DNA of 58,229 bases from a candidate division WOR-3 bacterium. GTDB taxonomy: Bacteria; Hydrothermota; Tepidihabitantia; Tepidihabitantales; Tepidihabitantaceae. Below, one piece after another: positions 28,305-37,636 of this stretch. The stretch lies in contig JAPLUO010000292.1 of NCBI GenBank assembly GCA_026397595.1, positions 1 through 58,229 of the forward strand, read 5' to 3'. Numbering within the stretch: the first letter of the stretch is position 1; every line of letters starts with the position of its first letter. Both the position numbers and the translations under genes were made by a program. The notes beneath the pieces are model-generated. The model was not told where the DNA came from. It searched no databases and was given only the letters and a program-made list of their open reading frames with translations.

Positions 28305-29357
28305 ATGACAAGAGTCGCAGCCTTCCTGATAATGCTCGTGGCCATCGCAGTGGCCAACCCGATTCTGGAGAAAGTGTATATCAGCGAATTCCAAACCTCT
28401 CCTGATTCGCTTGAGCGCATCGAACTGCGCCCGGAGTTGGACCCGAGTCGATACCCATTCGAGATCGGCGGAGCCCAGATCGTCACGAACGCCGGTACGG
28501 CAACTGTAGACTCCGGCGTGTGCTTCGAAACGTGGAACAGCCTGGTGGTCATAGACAGCACGAATACAACCGGCACGTTCAGCCTCGGGGATGACTCCGA
28601 CTATATCAGGCTGTACGTACCCTGCGACAACGATACCTTGAGCTTCAGCGTCCGCTATCCAGGGAATCCTCATTGGACAAGCGCCGGCTCTTGGGTTCCG
28701 CCGATGGACGCATCTGCTTCGTTGTACTCCTGGGACGTGTACATTCCTCCCTATGAGGACCCGCTAACTCTCTACACTTGGTACATTGACAGAACCCCGA
28801 CGTTCGGCGCCGGTAACGACGACTATGGGGGCGGTATTTGGGGTGGGGTCTTCGACCAAGATACCCAAGCGATTTCCGGCGCGACTGTGCGAGTCATGTC
28901 TGCATACGGCACTTCCACGATGCAGACTGGCGAACCATGGTGGTATGGGCCCAGCTCCTTCGAGCAGAGACCGACTGGTCCAGGTACGTTCACTGTGACT
29001 GCCGAATGCCCAGGCTATCTGCCGTATACGTATCCTGAGTCAATAGAGCTGGCGCCTAACGAGGGACGCGAGATATACATCTTTCTCGACCCCGTCGGCG
29101 GGACCGAGGAAGCCGCCGGCAAAGCATTGTGCGTCGGACTCCATCAGCGCGGCCGGACGCTTGTCCTGACCGCGAACCAGCCCGGAACAGCACTCGTGAC
29201 GGTCCATGACAATCTCGGCCGGGTCATGGTGTCCGAGAAAGTGGCGCTGGTGTCAGGCAGCAATCAACTGGCGCTACCCCGTCTGAGTAGCGGCGTCTAT
29301 TTCGCCGGTTGCCGGTTCGGGGAACAGACACTCAATACGAAGTTCGTGCTCTACTGA
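28305..29357 (+). CDS. Secreted paralogue, copy 3
   Basis: Signal peptide identical to copy 2 and the same domain order. Confidence 0.65.
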   Translation: MTRVAAFLIMLVAIAVANPILEKVYISEFQTSPDSLERIELRPELDPSRYPFEIGGAQIVTNAGTATVDSGVCFETWNSLVVIDSTNTTGTFSLGDDSDYIRLYVPCDNDTLSFSVRYPGNPHWTSAGSWVPPMDASASLYSWDVYIPPYEDPLTLYTWYIDRTPTFGAGNDDYGGGIWGGVFDQDTQAISGATVRVMSAYGTSTMQTGEPWWYGPSSFEQRPTGPGTFTVTAECPGYLPYTYPESIELAPNEGREIYIFLDPVGGTEEAAGKALCVGLHQRGRTLVLTANQPGTALVTVHDNLGRVMVSEKVALVSGSNQLALPRLSSGVYFAGCRFGEQTLNTKFVLY

Positions 29358-29408
29358 GCGCCAAACGCAGGCTTGAAGAGCAGGGGCGGCTTGTGTCAGT
29401 CACCCATG

Positions 29409-29479
29409 CTTTGGACTGCGTGCAGCGTGAGCTGCCGCTTTTCCGGAAAGGCGGGAGCTGTCGCTCCCGCACTCCAAAG
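29409..29479. repeat. REP-doublet-like palindrome
   Basis: CTTTGGAcTGCG...CGCAcTCCAAAG ends, each arm with an internal hairpin; lies between convergent genes. Confidence 0.6.
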
Positions 29480-29484
29480 GCGCT

Positions 29485-30048
29485 TCAGCGCCACGTGACA
29501 GTCACATCTTTGTCCGGGTAGAACTTCTTGCGGGTGAAGAAGCACGATACGGTGCTGTCTGACAGCACCACGCTGTCCGGATTGAACGTCAGCCTCACGT
29601 CCTTGAAACCGGCGGGAACGGTCACGCGGAACCGCGCGAGGTCAATTGGCCGCTTCCACTTGCGAGTCGTGGTGACGATGTAGGTCGCCGAGTTCGCCCT
29701 GAGCGGCTGGCGGTAGTACGCGAAGAAAGAATCCTCGGCTTCGGGCCGGAACCGCATCCGGAACGCGACGCCCGAATCCTGCCGCTCGAATGCGTGCTGC
29801 CTGATTTCGATTGAGTCCGGGTACAGGTGCGTTGAGTCGAGTGGGAACGGGTAGAATACTGAAGCAACGAGCGGCTCTTTGGCCGAGCACGTGAAGTGAT
29901 ACATCCCGCGCACCTCAAGCGTACCCGGCCTCACGTCTATCGCTATTTCCTCCCGTGCAAAGTGCACCGGCGATACCGGCGCAGCCTTGCGGCAGGACAC
30001 CGAAGCCAGGACAGCGTACAGAACAGCGAGTACGAACCGTGTCGGCAC
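29485..30048 (-). CDS. Hypothetical exported protein or lipoprotein
   Basis: GTG 30048 lies 6 nt after TTGACA-17 bp-GATATT; hydrophobic leader ending ASVSC. Confidence 0.6.
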   Translation of the reverse strand: MPTRFVLAVLYAVLASVSCRKAAPVSPVHFAREEIAIDVRPGTLEVRGMYHFTCSAKEPLVASVFYPFPLDSTHLYPDSIEIRQHAFERQDSGVAFRMRFRPEAEDSFFAYYRQPLRANSATYIVTTTRKWKRPIDLARFRVTVPAGFKDVRLTFNPDSVVLSDSTVSCFFTRKKFYPDKDVTVTWR

Positions 30049-30215
30049 GCAAGGAATATCCCTGACAGCACCGCCGTTGTCAAGCGCGCGCGGTTGCGGC
30101 TCGACTGCGATATCCACGTCCGCGACCAAGCTGCCTGCCTCCGACCGGCGCGGCGGCGGCACCCCCGCCGGCTGGCGGCCTTGATTTCAGGGCCTTTTTG
30201 GCTACAGTGTAATTC

Positions 30216-30965
30216 GTGATTCCTGAAGAACAGCCTGTTCCGCCCCCGCCTAACCGGCGGCCGCCGTCGCGGCGACGGCCACGGCCCCAGAGCCGCGCGC
30301 CGCGCGGCCAGATCGCCCCGCCGAAGAATCCCGAGGCAGTCAGTTTCCTTTGCGACGTGATGCTCGGCAAACTGGCGCGTGAGTTGCGTCTGCTCGGGCT
30401 TGACGTCGAGTATGACCGGAACCTCGGCGGGCTGCCGGCCTACAAGGTTGCGCGACAGAGCGGCCGGATACTACTTACACGTACCAACAAACTGCGCGGG
30501 CTGCCTGGGACGATTTACGTGCCGGGCCAGCTTGCGCCCGAGCAGGTGGCGCAGGTCAAGGCCGAAATCGACGCCGGCCTGAAGCCGGTTGCGCCGGTTG
30601 TGGAGGAAGTCCCGGCCACACCGGAACCGGCGGCCAAAGCGGCCCCGCCCCGCCCCAGCCCGGTTTCTACGCCCTCGCCGGTCCATCAGGTTGCGCCGCC
30701 GGCCGAGAAGATTGCCGCGTACGGCCGTTGCCTGCAGTGCAACGTGCCGCTGGAGAAGATTACGAGAGAGCAGGCACGGCCATCGGTGCCGTTCTTCATC
30801 TACCAGATTCACCACGATTTCCGGGGTTGCCCCAAATGCCGCAAGGTCTTCTGGCCGGGCAACCACGTCGAGCAGATGGCGCAGCGGGCCGGGCCGCCGC
30901 CGCGACCACGCCGGTTGTTCCGCGGCGGGCCCCGCAGACAGCAGAACACGGGAGAGACAAAGTAG
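30216..30965 (+). CDS. Mut7-C RNase (PIN plus Zn ribbon) domain protein
   Basis: FLCDVMLGKLARELRLLG, RCLQCN, CPKCRKVFWPGNH; promoter TTGATT-16 bp-TACAGT 7 nt upstream. Confidence 0.85.
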   Translation: MIPEEQPVPPPPNRRPPSRRRPRPQSRAPRGQIAPPKNPEAVSFLCDVMLGKLARELRLLGLDVEYDRNLGGLPAYKVARQSGRILLTRTNKLRGLPGTIYVPGQLAPEQVAQVKAEIDAGLKPVAPVVEEVPATPEPAAKAAPPRPSPVSTPSPVHQVAPPAEKIAAYGRCLQCNVPLEKITREQARPSVPFFIYQIHHDFRGCPKCRKVFWPGNHVEQMAQRAGPPPRPRRLFRGGPRRQQNTGETK

Positions 30966-30986
30966 TGACCCGGGTTTGTACGGCAA

Positions 30987-31070
30987 TGTCATTCCGAGAA
31001 GTCCGACGACGAGGAATCTCGTCTGCCCCCGGGCGTTAAGGCGAGATTCCTCGCTACGCTCGGAATGACA
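30987..31070. repeat. TGTCATT...AATGACA palindromic element
   Basis: TGTCATTCCGAG..CGAGGAATCT spacer AGATTCCTCG..CTCGGAATGACA; relatives at 47162-47200 and 52901-53000. Confidence 0.75.
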
Positions 31071-31104
31071 ACTCGGCCGGGCCACTTTTCATGGAGGTAA
31101 CCAG

Positions 31105-32628
31105 ATGGCGGTTGTACTAGACGGCAAAAACCTGAAGATTGAAGACATCGTCCGCGTGGCGCGCCGGCGCGAAAAGGTCGAGCTCACCCCGGCGGCGAAG
31201 ACAAGAATCAACCACTGCCGCGCGTTCATCGAGGAGAAGGTCAAGGCGCGGGCGGTAATGTACGGCATCACGACCGGCATCGGCGAGCTGTCCGAGACCA
31301 TCCTCACCCCGGAGCAGACCGAGCAGTTCCAGCGCTACATCGTCTACTCGCACTCGGCCGGCTGCGGCGTGCCGCTGCCCGAGGAGACCGTGCGGGCGGC
31401 CGTCTGCTCGCGCATCAACGTCCTCTCCAACGGCAATTCGGGTATCCGGCTGAAGGTCGTCGAGTGCATGATCGACATGCTCAACAAGGGCGTGACGCCG
31501 GTCGTGTTCGACAAGGGCTCGGTCGGCGCATGCGGCGACCTCTCGCCGATGAGCCAGATGGCGCTCGTGCTGCTGGGCGAAGGCGAGGCGTTTTACCAGG
31601 GCAAGCGGATGCCGGGCGCCGAGGCGATGAAGGCCGCGGGCGTGGCGCCTATCCAGTTCGAGGCGCGCGACGGGCTTGCCTGCATCAACGGCTCCAACAT
31701 GACCGCGGGCTGGGGCGCAATCCACCTGCTTGACGCCGACCATTACTATAAGGTGTCCGAGATCGCCGCCGCGCTGACGCTCGAAGTCGTCAACGCCAAC
31801 ATGGTGGCGTACGACGAGCGGATTCACAAGCTGCGCGGATTTCCGGGCGCGGTTACCTGCGCCGAGAATGTCCGGCGCCTGACCGCGGACTCGGAAATGC
31901 TCAAGCAGCCGGGCAAGAAAGTGCAGGACGCGTACAGCCTGCGCTCGACGCCGCAGGTCGTGGGCGGGGCCAAAGATGCGCTCAAGTGGGCGCGCTACAT
32001 GTTCGAAATCGAGCTGAACGGCGTGGGCGACAACCCGCTGTTCTTCCCGGACGAGAAGGCGTACCTGACCGGCGCGAACTTCCAGGGCACGCCGCTCGGG
32101 CTCGCGCTCGACCTGACCGGCGAGTGCGTAACGATGATCGCGGTGCTCTCCGAGCGCCGGACCAACCGGTTGCTCAACCGGAACCTCTCCTGTGGCCTGC
32201 CCGCGTTTCTGACCAAAGGCGCGGGCATGTTCTCCGGCCTGATGCTCACCCAGTACACGCAGGGCATGCTGGTCTGCGAGGACCGCATCCTCTCCGCGCC
32301 GGCGTCAGTTGGCTCGATACCGGCCGCGGCCGACCAGGAAGATTTCGTGTCGATGGCATTCACCAGCGCCCTCAAGACGCGGCAGATCCTCGACAACGCC
32401 TGGTACGTGGTCGCCATCGAGCTGATGGCTGGTGCGCAGGCGGTCGAGTTCCGCAAGCCGCTCAAGGCAGGCAAAGGCACCCAGGTCGCCTACGATTTCG
32501 TGCGCAAGCACGTCAAAATGATGGTCGAAGACCGGCCGGTGCATGACGACATCAACAACCTGACTGCGGCCGTGAAGTCGGGCGAACTGCTCGACGCGGT
32601 CGAGCACGCGGTCGGGAAGCTTAACTAG
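31105..32628 (+). CDS. hutH: Histidine (aromatic amino acid) ammonia-lyase
   Basis: YGITTGIG, SH specificity pair (VYSHSAG), GSVGACGDL, INGS, VQDAYSLR, DNP, QEDFVSM. Confidence 0.85.
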   Translation: MAVVLDGKNLKIEDIVRVARRREKVELTPAAKTRINHCRAFIEEKVKARAVMYGITTGIGELSETILTPEQTEQFQRYIVYSHSAGCGVPLPEETVRAAVCSRINVLSNGNSGIRLKVVECMIDMLNKGVTPVVFDKGSVGACGDLSPMSQMALVLLGEGEAFYQGKRMPGAEAMKAAGVAPIQFEARDGLACINGSNMTAGWGAIHLLDADHYYKVSEIAAALTLEVVNANMVAYDERIHKLRGFPGAVTCAENVRRLTADSEMLKQPGKKVQDAYSLRSTPQVVGGAKDALKWARYMFEIELNGVGDNPLFFPDEKAYLTGANFQGTPLGLALDLTGECVTMIAVLSERRTNRLLNRNLSCGLPAFLTKGAGMFSGLMLTQYTQGMLVCEDRILSAPASVGSIPAAADQEDFVSMAFTSALKTRQILDNAWYVVAIELMAGAQAVEFRKPLKAGKGTQVAYDFVRKHVKMMVEDRPVHDDINNLTAAVKSGELLDAVEHAVGKLN

Positions 32629-32714
32629 GAAGTTAGGAGTTAAGAGTTAGCAGTTAGGAGTTCAGGCCCGGCCGGATTCCGACTGCTACCTCCCAACTGC
32701 TACCTGCTAACTTC
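32629..32714. repeat. Inverted 7-bp tandem repeat element
   Basis: GTTAGGA/GTTAGCA units facing TGCTAAC/TGCTACC units; a related element lies at 53033-53087. Confidence 0.7.
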
Positions 32715-32718
32715 TCCT

Positions 32719-33078
32719 ATGTTCATCAAGAAACTGAGGGATTGCGCGGAAATCACGGCCGGCGACCAGACCCGGTTGCGCGAGTTGCTCCATCCTGACC
32801 ACGACCCGGCAAAGATACGTTACTCTCTGGCCGTCGCCTGGCTTGCCGCCGGCGCGCGGTCACGGGCCCACAAACTAAAGACAGCCGAAGTCTACTACCT
32901 TGTCCGGGGAGCCGGCGTGATGCACATCGGCGAAGGGTCGGCTCAAATCACGGCCGGCGACGCGGTCTACATTCCGCCCGCTTCAGTTCAATGGCTGGAG
33001 AATACGGGGAAAGAGGAAATCGAATTCCTCTGCATAGTTGACCCGGCCTGGCGGCCGGAAGACGAAGAGACCCTTTAG
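32719..33078 (+). CDS. Cupin domain protein
   Basis: LRELLHP, HKLKTAEVYY, GDAVYIPP, FLCIVDPAW. Confidence 0.85.
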   Translation: MFIKKLRDCAEITAGDQTRLRELLHPDHDPAKIRYSLAVAWLAAGARSRAHKLKTAEVYYLVRGAGVMHIGEGSAQITAGDAVYIPPASVQWLENTGKEEIEFLCIVDPAWRPEDEETL

Positions 33079-33111
33079 AAAAACACCGGGCCCAACCTTT
33101 GCTGGGCCCGG
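33079..33111 (-). terminator. Intrinsic terminator
   Basis: CCGGGCCCAGC-AAAG-GTTGGGCCCGG then TGTTTTT on the minus strand. Confidence 0.7.
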
Positions 33112-33150
33112 GCTGAGGTTCTCTCGGATCAACCAACTTAACCCATCGAC
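33079..33150 (-). ncRNA. Candidate ~72-nt small RNA
   Basis: Promoter TTGACG-17 bp-CATAAT (33185-33157) followed by a hairpin plus U-tract in the same orientation, with no substantial ORF. Confidence 0.45.
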
Positions 33151-33242
33151 TGTACAATTATGCCTGTTCCGACGCCGCCCGTCAAGTCCTGTCGGCGTGG
33201 ACCGCAAACCGTGACCCGCTGACCGCCGACCGCAGAAAAGAT

Positions 33243-33490
33243 AACCGCCAGGACGCCAAGAGACGCCAAGACCCGGAATGACTATCCGCAGATTACGCTG
33301 ATTACACAGATTCCGGTCCGCTCTCCGCCATCCGCACTTCTTACTTCCAACCTCTAGCTTCTGACATCTGATTTCGATTGTCCCTCACTCGACCCCTCGA
33401 ATCCTAGACCCCTAGCGTCTCCTATCCTGTTTGAATTGGCGGGCGCAGACCGCTGATGCGTCAGGAATCGCATAGTGAATCCCCAAGACT
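33243..33490 (+). repeat. Composite non-coding arm, copy A (direct repeat of 34149-34612)
   Basis: Shared blocks AACCGCCA..CGCCAAGAGACGCCAAGACCC, GACTATCCGCAGATTACGC, CACAGATTCCGGTCCGCTCTCCGCC, CTTCTTACTTC..CCTCTAGC..CTGACATCTGA, GCGTCAGGAATCGC. Confidence 0.8.
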
Positions 33491-33533
33491 GGTGCCGTTT
33501 AACACGGCCTGTTCCTCTGCTAGCACACGTTAC

Positions 33534-34127
33534 ATGCCAGAGACAAATCCGCCGGTTCTGATGCGTCACGTCGAACAGGCGATACTGGTCATCCGTGGGC
33601 ATCGGGTCATGACCAGCAGCGACCTTGCCGCGCTCTACGGCGTCGAACCCAAGGTTCTGATTCAGGCGGTGAAGCGAAACATCGAGCGATTCCCGGACGA
33701 CTTCATGTTCCAGTTGACCGGGGACGAGCATCGCATCTTGAAGTCACAATCTGTGACTTCAAGTTGGGGCGGGGCGCGCCGAGCGCTGCCGTACGCTTTC
33801 ACCGAGCAGGGCGTGGCGATGCTGTCGAGCGTGCTGCGCAGCAAGCGCGCAGTCCAGGTCAACGTCGAGATAATGCGTGCGTTCGTCCGCCTGCGGCGAA
33901 TTCTGGCCGAGAATGCCGGCCTCGCCCGGAGGCTGGATGAACTGGAGAAGAAGAACGACGTCCAGTTCAAGGTTGTCTTCGATGCCATCCGCAGCCTGAT
34001 GCAGCCGCCCGAACCGAAGAAGAAGCGCATCGGCTTCGTCACCGACGACGACAAACCCGGCCAGACCGGCAGAGGTTCGGACTTCGTCGCTCGCGACCGA
34101 CCTGCCCGGGAGCGCCGCGGCCGCTGA
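33534..34127 (+). CDS. ORF6N (KilA-N-like DNA-binding) domain protein
   Basis: IRGHRVM..DLAALYGV, QAVKRNIERFPDDFMFQL, PYAFTEQGVAMLSSVL, KRIGF; start uncertain. Confidence 0.9.
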   Translation: MPETNPPVLMRHVEQAILVIRGHRVMTSSDLAALYGVEPKVLIQAVKRNIERFPDDFMFQLTGDEHRILKSQSVTSSWGGARRALPYAFTEQGVAMLSSVLRSKRAVQVNVEIMRAFVRLRRILAENAGLARRLDELEKKNDVQFKVVFDAIRSLMQPPEPKKKRIGFVTDDDKPGQTGRGSDFVARDRPARERRGR

Positions 34128-34148
34128 CCGACCGTCCGTAGCCAAAAC

Positions 34149-34612
34149 AACCGCCAAGGCCGCCAAGAGACGCCAAGACCCCGAACGACTATCCGCAGAT
34201 TACGCAGACGACACGGAGTGTCGCCCCGACGCTGAGGAGGGGTCTCGGCTGACCGGAGCCAGAGGAAACCCGCAGATTGCACAGATTCCGGTCCGCTCTC
34301 CGCCGTCCGCCGTCCGCACTTCCGACTTCTCACATCTCTCATCTGACTTCTGACTTGGCCTCAGCGGCCCCTGTCAGACAGTGCGTCCGCCCGACACTCT
34401 CTCCCTTTATCCCTTTGTCCCTCTCTCCCTTTCTTTCTCCCTCCCCGCTTCTTACTTCTAGCCTCTAGCCTCTGACATCTGACTTCGTTTGACTGCCCGC
34501 CATCCGCACCTCTGACCTCGTCTGCCAGACGACACTCTCCCGTCTCCAGCCCGCCTGACCGCTGCCTGAGGCCGCCGCGCGTCAGGAATCGCTTATCGCG
34601 TTCTTGGGATTA
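34149..34612 (+). repeat. Composite non-coding arm, copy B (left flank of the defence operon)
   Basis: 9-mer block, 81-bp block at 34193-34273, 7-mer blocks, 37-bp motif at 34576-34612. Confidence 0.8.
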
Positions 34613-34634
34613 CCCGGCAACCGCCAGGGTCGCG

Positions 34635-37625
34635 TCACGCCGCGCCTGCCCGGTAGGTCAGCGCGAATACGGCGTCTGTGAGCCAGCGCCGGAATGACTC
34701 GTTGTCAGAGAACCGCGCGTAGAGTTCGGTGTCATCCTTGAGGATGGTTGTCATCACCCGGTCCAGCGCCTTGTCATGCTCGATTCGCGCGTTCTGCTCA
34801 TCCGAGTTCTCGCGCGCGTTCCGGTAGGCGGTGTCCGCCGAGACCATCGCCGGTATCTGTTCGGTGACCAACTTGCGCACGCGGTCAGCGTCGGTCCATG
34901 GGACGTCGCCGAAACGGTCGTTGAACCCCTTGAGGATGTTGGACAGGCGGTCTATCTCGGGTTCGGGCTTCATGCTGGGGTCGCCGAACGGCGCCGGTCC
35001 GATTTCGCTGTCGCCGTCGGGAAGCCGGATTGCGACTGCCGCCTGTTTCTCGACCCGGTAGCTGTCCATGTCTATCACTTGCAGAATGCCGCGAGCCAGG
35101 TCCTCATCCGGCGGCGCGGGGAGTTTGGGGATGAGGAAGTTCAGGAATACCGACAGCTTCTCCCATGCGGCATTCGTGTAGGGCAGGAGCGACGCCAGGA
35201 AGTCGTAGGTGCGCACGAATGCCTTGGCTTTGCCCTTGAAGTCCACCTGTCCATTCTCGTCGAGTTGCGTGGAGTAGACCGCCACACATGCGTCGAGAAT
35301 CGGGTCGAGCCGTTCCCGACCGGCGCCGCCGAGATAGTGCTCGACGAACTGCACCACCTGCTCCGGAGAATAGACCTGTGCGCCGTCGAGCGCGGACTTT
35401 AGGTCGTGCAGCTTGTTCGGGTCAGTCTCCTCGCTGAGAATCGTTGTGCGGTGGTAGTCAGCGAACGCATACTGGATGACGTCGGCATCGTTCATGAAGT
35501 CAAGCACGAAGACGTCGTGTTTCTGCGGATGCGCGCGGTCTAGCCGCGAGAGCGTCTGCACCGCCTTGATACCGGACAGTATCTTGTCCACGTACATCGT
35601 GTGCAATAGCGGCTCGTCGTAGCCGGTCTGGAACTTGTCGGCGCAGATGAGGAACCGGTAAGGGTCCTCCTGGATATTGTCCGATATCTTGGAGGACGGG
35701 AAGCCGTTCAGCGACGCCTCGGTTACCTTCACGCCGCCGTATTCATGTTCGCCTGAGAAAGCAACGATGGCCTTGTGCGGGCTCTTGGTCTCCAGCAGAT
35801 ACTCGCTGATGGCGTGGTAATACTGAATGGCCCGCTCGATGCCGCTGGTCACCACCATCGCCCGTGCCTGACCGCCGATCTTGTTCAAGCCGATGACCTG
35901 CTCGCGAAAGTGGTCCACCATTATCTCGGCCTTGAGCCGGATGGCATGGTCATGGCTTTCGACATAGCGCCGCAGCTTCTTCCTTGCCCGCCGGGTGTCG
36001 AACTCCGGGTCGGCTTCGACGGTCTTTACCAGCTTGTAGTAACTGTTGACCGGCGTGTAGTACTTTAGCACGTCGAGGATGAAGCCTTCATCTATCGCCT
36101 GCTTCATCGTATAGCTGTGGAACGGCAGGTGCTTCACCTTGCCGTCCGGCTGCGGCGCGGGATAGCCGAACATCTCCAGCGTCTTGCTCTTGGGCGTGGC
36201 GGTGAAGGCGAAGTAACTGGCGTTGGTGAGCATCTTGCGCGCCAGCATCCGCTTCTCCAGCGCGTCGTTCACCGTGTCCTCGGGGTCGGCCAGCGCCGCG
36301 CTCATAGCGGACGACGTCTTGCCGCCCTGGCTGGAGTGCGCCTCGTCAATGATGATGGCGAACTTCCGCTTCCGCTGCTCGGCTTCAATCTCGTCGAGGA
36401 TGAACGGGAACTTCTGCACCGTCGAGATGATTATCTTCTTACCGCCCTCGATGAACTTCCGCAGGTCTCCCGAGCCCTCGGCGTGGCCCACGGTCGCGCT
36501 CACCTGCGCAAACTGCTTGACGGTGTCGCGTATCTGCTTGTCGAGCAGGATGCGGTCAGTGACGACGACAATCGAGTCGACCAGCGGGGCGTCGTCCTTG
36601 CGCAGACCGATGAGTTGGTGCGCCAGCCACGCGATTGAATTCGACTTGCCGCTACCGGCCGAGTGCTGGATGAGGTAGCGCTTGCCCACACCATCCGTCG
36701 CGGCGGCAGCCAGCAGCTTCCGCACCACGTCCAGTTGGTGATACCGCGGGAATATCTGTGTCCGCTTCTTCCTGCCGGTCTTCTCGTCCCTCTTCTCGAC
36801 AACCTGCGCGTAGTTCTCGATGATATCGGTCAGCCCGCGCGGTGTCAGGATGCGCTTCCACAGATAGTCGGTCTTCAGACCGTTCGGGTTCGGCGGATTG
36901 CCTGCGCCGTCGTTGAACCCTTGGTTGAACGGCAGGAACCACGATACCTTGCCCTTCAGGTGGGTGCAGAACCGCGCCTCGTTGTCGTCCAGGGCAAAGT
37001 GAGTGATGCAGCGGCCGAACTGGAACAGCAATTCGTTCGGGTTCCGGTCGCGCTTATACTGCTCCTCCGCGTCAGCGGCTGTCTGCTTGGTCAGGCTGTT
37101 CTTTAGCTCAAAGGTGATGACCGGCAGGCCGTTGATGAACAGACACAGGTCAAGCGCACGCTGCGTTTCATCCTGGCTGTAACGCAACTGGCGCGTCACG
37201 CTGAACCGATTGGCTGCAAACAACTCTGCCGCCATCTCGTTCCCCGGCGACGGCGTGCCGAAGAACAGGTCAAGCTGATACTGGCCGTGCTTCAAGCCAT
37301 GGCGCAGAACGTCAATCACCCCGCGCCTGGCTATCTCGCCCTGCAACCGGACGAGGAACTTCCGCCGCGTTGGGCTGTCGTTCCCAAGGTCAAGCGCCTC
37401 GACCACCTCGGGTTGGGTCGCGTGGATGAAGGCCGACAACTGCGCCAGGTCAACCGCATACTCGCGGTCGTATGTCTCGGGTTCACCTTGAATCCATCCT
37501 GCCGGTCCGACGACCTGCGATGCGTCGCCAGCCGTGCCGGTCGCGGTCGGCGCAACCGTCGACCGCCCGGTCATGTCGGCGACAATCAGGCTTTCGAGGC
37601 CCTTTTCGCTGGTGTCGGTGGCCAT
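34635..37625 (-). CDS. hsdR: Type I restriction enzyme R subunit
   Basis: LDLCLFINGLP..ELKN nuclease motif, HSAGSGKS, DEAH, FTATP, QTLSRLDR. Confidence 0.95.
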   Translation of the reverse strand: MATDTSEKGLESLIVADMTGRSTVAPTATGTAGDASQVVGPAGWIQGEPETYDREYAVDLAQLSAFIHATQPEVVEALDLGNDSPTRRKFLVRLQGEIARRGVIDVLRHGLKHGQYQLDLFFGTPSPGNEMAAELFAANRFSVTRQLRYSQDETQRALDLCLFINGLPVITFELKNSLTKQTAADAEEQYKRDRNPNELLFQFGRCITHFALDDNEARFCTHLKGKVSWFLPFNQGFNDGAGNPPNPNGLKTDYLWKRILTPRGLTDIIENYAQVVEKRDEKTGRKKRTQIFPRYHQLDVVRKLLAAAATDGVGKRYLIQHSAGSGKSNSIAWLAHQLIGLRKDDAPLVDSIVVVTDRILLDKQIRDTVKQFAQVSATVGHAEGSGDLRKFIEGGKKIIISTVQKFPFILDEIEAEQRKRKFAIIIDEAHSSQGGKTSSAMSAALADPEDTVNDALEKRMLARKMLTNASYFAFTATPKSKTLEMFGYPAPQPDGKVKHLPFHSYTMKQAIDEGFILDVLKYYTPVNSYYKLVKTVEADPEFDTRRARKKLRRYVESHDHAIRLKAEIMVDHFREQVIGLNKIGGQARAMVVTSGIERAIQYYHAISEYLLETKSPHKAIVAFSGEHEYGGVKVTEASLNGFPSSKISDNIQEDPYRFLICADKFQTGYDEPLLHTMYVDKILSGIKAVQTLSRLDRAHPQKHDVFVLDFMNDADVIQYAFADYHRTTILSEETDPNKLHDLKSALDGAQVYSPEQVVQFVEHYLGGAGRERLDPILDACVAVYSTQLDENGQVDFKGKAKAFVRTYDFLASLLPYTNAAWEKLSVFLNFLIPKLPAPPDEDLARGILQVIDMDSYRVEKQAAVAIRLPDGDSEIGPAPFGDPSMKPEPEIDRLSNILKGFNDRFGDVPWTDADRVRKLVTEQIPAMVSADTAYRNARENSDEQNARIEHDKALDRVMTTILKDDTELYARFSDNESFRRWLTDAVFALTYRAGAA

Positions 37626-37636
37626 TCCGACCAGCC

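Noticed and set aside
30987-31070. Integron attC sites
   Set aside because: The palindromes lack the RYYYAAC/GTTRRRY ends and there is no intI
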